From Acidobacteriota bacterium (lineage in GTDB: Bacteria; Acidobacteriota; UBA6911): DNA of 64,000 nt. The DNA lies in the NCBI GenBank assembly GCA_963664705.1, contig OY761556.1:1888001-1952000 (forward strand), read 5' to 3'. This document shows positions 62,495 to 64,000 of the stretch, in pieces; position 1 is the first letter of the stretch, and every line of letters begins with the position of its first letter. The notes below the pieces were generated by a model. That model ran no database searches and was not told the origin of the DNA. It worked only from the letters and a program-made list of their open reading frames with translations. A program made the translations under genes and the position numbers.

Positions 62495-62890
62495 ATGCGA
62501 AGAAATACATGCATTGCGCTGTTCATCCTTTTCATGATTTCGGTCTTCGGCTTCTACGTTTCCGCACAGATTCAAATCCAACAGCCTCAGGGAGAAGTGC
62601 GGAAAGCTTTGCAGGAAATTGACAGGTTCCAACAAGAAAAGCGGAAAATGGTGCGGGACACACTGCTGATCAAGAACACTCTGCGCCCAGCGGTGTTGCC
62701 CGTCGCGGGCACAATACAAGATGAAATAACTCTGTTCATCGGCATTTCGCAGGATGGTCGCATAGCTCATGCCGTCGTTCGCCAGTCAAACAGTTCGGTG
62801 TCAAACGTTGAGAAACTGAGAATTGAAATGCTGGATGGGTCCGTGCGGGAAGTAGACATGAAGCAGATAAAGAGGATTACGGTGCGATAA
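62495..62890 (+). CDS. Hypothetical exported protein
   Basis: Signal-like N-terminus; 131 aa. Confidence 0.65.
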   Translation: MRRNTCIALFILFMISVFGFYVSAQIQIQQPQGEVRKALQEIDRFQQEKRKMVRDTLLIKNTLRPAVLPVAGTIQDEITLFIGISQDGRIAHAVVRQSNSSVSNVEKLRIEMLDGSVREVDMKQIKRITVR

Positions 62891-62964
62891 TCGATGTTCC
62901 AGGCTCAACGTAGATCAGGCCGAATGCATAGGCTGTCCGCAATTTGCCACAGGGAACGACCAAA

Positions 62965-64000
62965 CTAGATTTCGTGCGGATCGAAATCTGGAATATCCTG
63001 CAACTGCTCCAGCCATAGAGCCGCGCTGTTGTCGCTGGGAGCGCGCCAATCTCCACGCGGAGATAAGGATCCTCCCGATCCCACCTTGGGTGCGTTGGGG
63101 ATGGCACTGCGCTTGTATTGACTTGTCTCGAAGAACCTTTTCAGGAATACGCCGAGCCAATGCTTGATCTGTCCGATGGAATACTCATTGCGCCGGTCTT
63201 CCGGAATTTCCGGCCAGGATCCGCGCTCTCGATGGCGCCACGCGCAATATTCCATAAAAGCAACCTTGGGAGGGTTCATTCCAAAGCGCAGCGTGTAATA
63301 TAAATTGAAGTCCTGCAGCTCGTATGGACCGATCACGGCTTCCGTGCGCTGGACCGGCTCTTCTTGGTTCCCCGGGATGAGTTCCGGACTAATTTCGGTT
63401 TCGAGCACCTCGGCCAAGACCGCACTGACGTCTTTGCCCAACTCACCCGTAGCAGCTTCATAGCGTATCAGGTATTGAATCAGAGTTTTGGGCACGCTTG
63501 CGTTGACGGCATAATGCGCCATTTGATCACCAACGCCATAGGTGCACCAGCCCAGCCCCAGTTCGGACAGATCTCCCGTACCCACGACCAGCGCGTTGTG
63601 CAGGTTGGCGAGGCGGAACAAATGACTGGTACGCTCGCCTGCCTGGACATTTTCAAAGGTCACGTCATAAACCGGTTGATTCAGAGCGTACGGGTGCTCA
63701 ATGTCCCGCAGCATTTGCATGCAGGCCGTGCGAATATCGATTTCACTGGCGTTGCACTCAAGCGCCTCCATCAGGCGCCAAGCCTGGCGAAGCGTGCGAT
63801 CGCTGGTCGCGAATCCGGGCATGGTATAAGCCAGAATATTTCTTCGGGACACGCCCAAAACATCCATGGCTCGGGCACAAACGATCAAAGCCTGTGTGGA
63901 ATCGAGTCCTCCGGAGATTCCAATCACAACCTTATCGGTACCGACCGCGCGAAGGCGCTTTACAAGGCCTTGCACCTGAATTTCGTATACCTCCCGGCAA
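62965..64000 (-). CDS. nadE: Glutamine-dependent NAD(+) synthetase, C-terminal part (5' end beyond the window)
   Basis: [51 protein letters not shown]. Confidence 0.95.
   Translation of the reverse strand, partial: CREVYEIQVQGLVKRLRAVGTDKVVIGISGGLDSTQALIVCARAMDVLGVSRRNILAYTMPGFATSDRTLRQAWRLMEALECNASEIDIRTACMQMLRDIEHPYALNQPVYDVTFENVQAGERTSHLFRLANLHNALVVGTGDLSELGLGWCTYGVGDQMAHYAVNASVPKTLIQYLIRYEAATGELGKDVSAVLAEVLETEISPELIPGNQEEPVQRTEAVIGPYELQDFNLYYTLRFGMNPPKVAFMEYCAWRHRERGSWPEIPEDRRNEYSIGQIKHWLGVFLKRFFETSQYKRSAIPNAPKVGSGGSLSPRGDWRAPSDNSAALWLEQLQDIPDFDPHEI

Noticed and set aside
61590-62900. Island integrated at tRNA-Glu
   Set aside because: No duplicated tRNA 3' end or integrase before nadE.

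Overview
Bacterial chromosomal window, very likely Acidobacteriota (several VWFA-related Acidobacterial-type proteins, a TIGR03435-like protein and PQQ-type propellers). Bases 1-41.6 kb are mostly housekeeping genes: an ABC/GT4/beta-propeller operon, carB, ccsA-hemACD, scpAB-rluB-ribE, metG, larE, ftsK, rnj, rsmA, trxA and purA. A ~9.9 kb integrated element sits in the 3' half of tRNA-Lys(TTT), bounded by an exact 45-bp direct repeat (41646-41690 and 51488-51532) with paired arm-type sites. It looks like a phage satellite. Its one co-oriented module runs XRE HTH, excisionase, DnaB_N-AAA helicase, iteron cluster, cos-like site, small ORF, lone HK97-fold major capsid gene (one in-frame TAA), a ~300-nt hairpin-rich spacer and tyrosine integrase. 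It also carries AT-richer cargo (a VWA protein and a secreted protein). From 51.5 to 61.6 kb lies an accessory, partly decayed patchwork (tannase remnant, TAG-split HAD, CHAP-like protein) ending at tRNA-Glu(TTC), followed by a PilZ protein and the 3' part of nadE. All calls come from reading motifs by eye; no searches were run.
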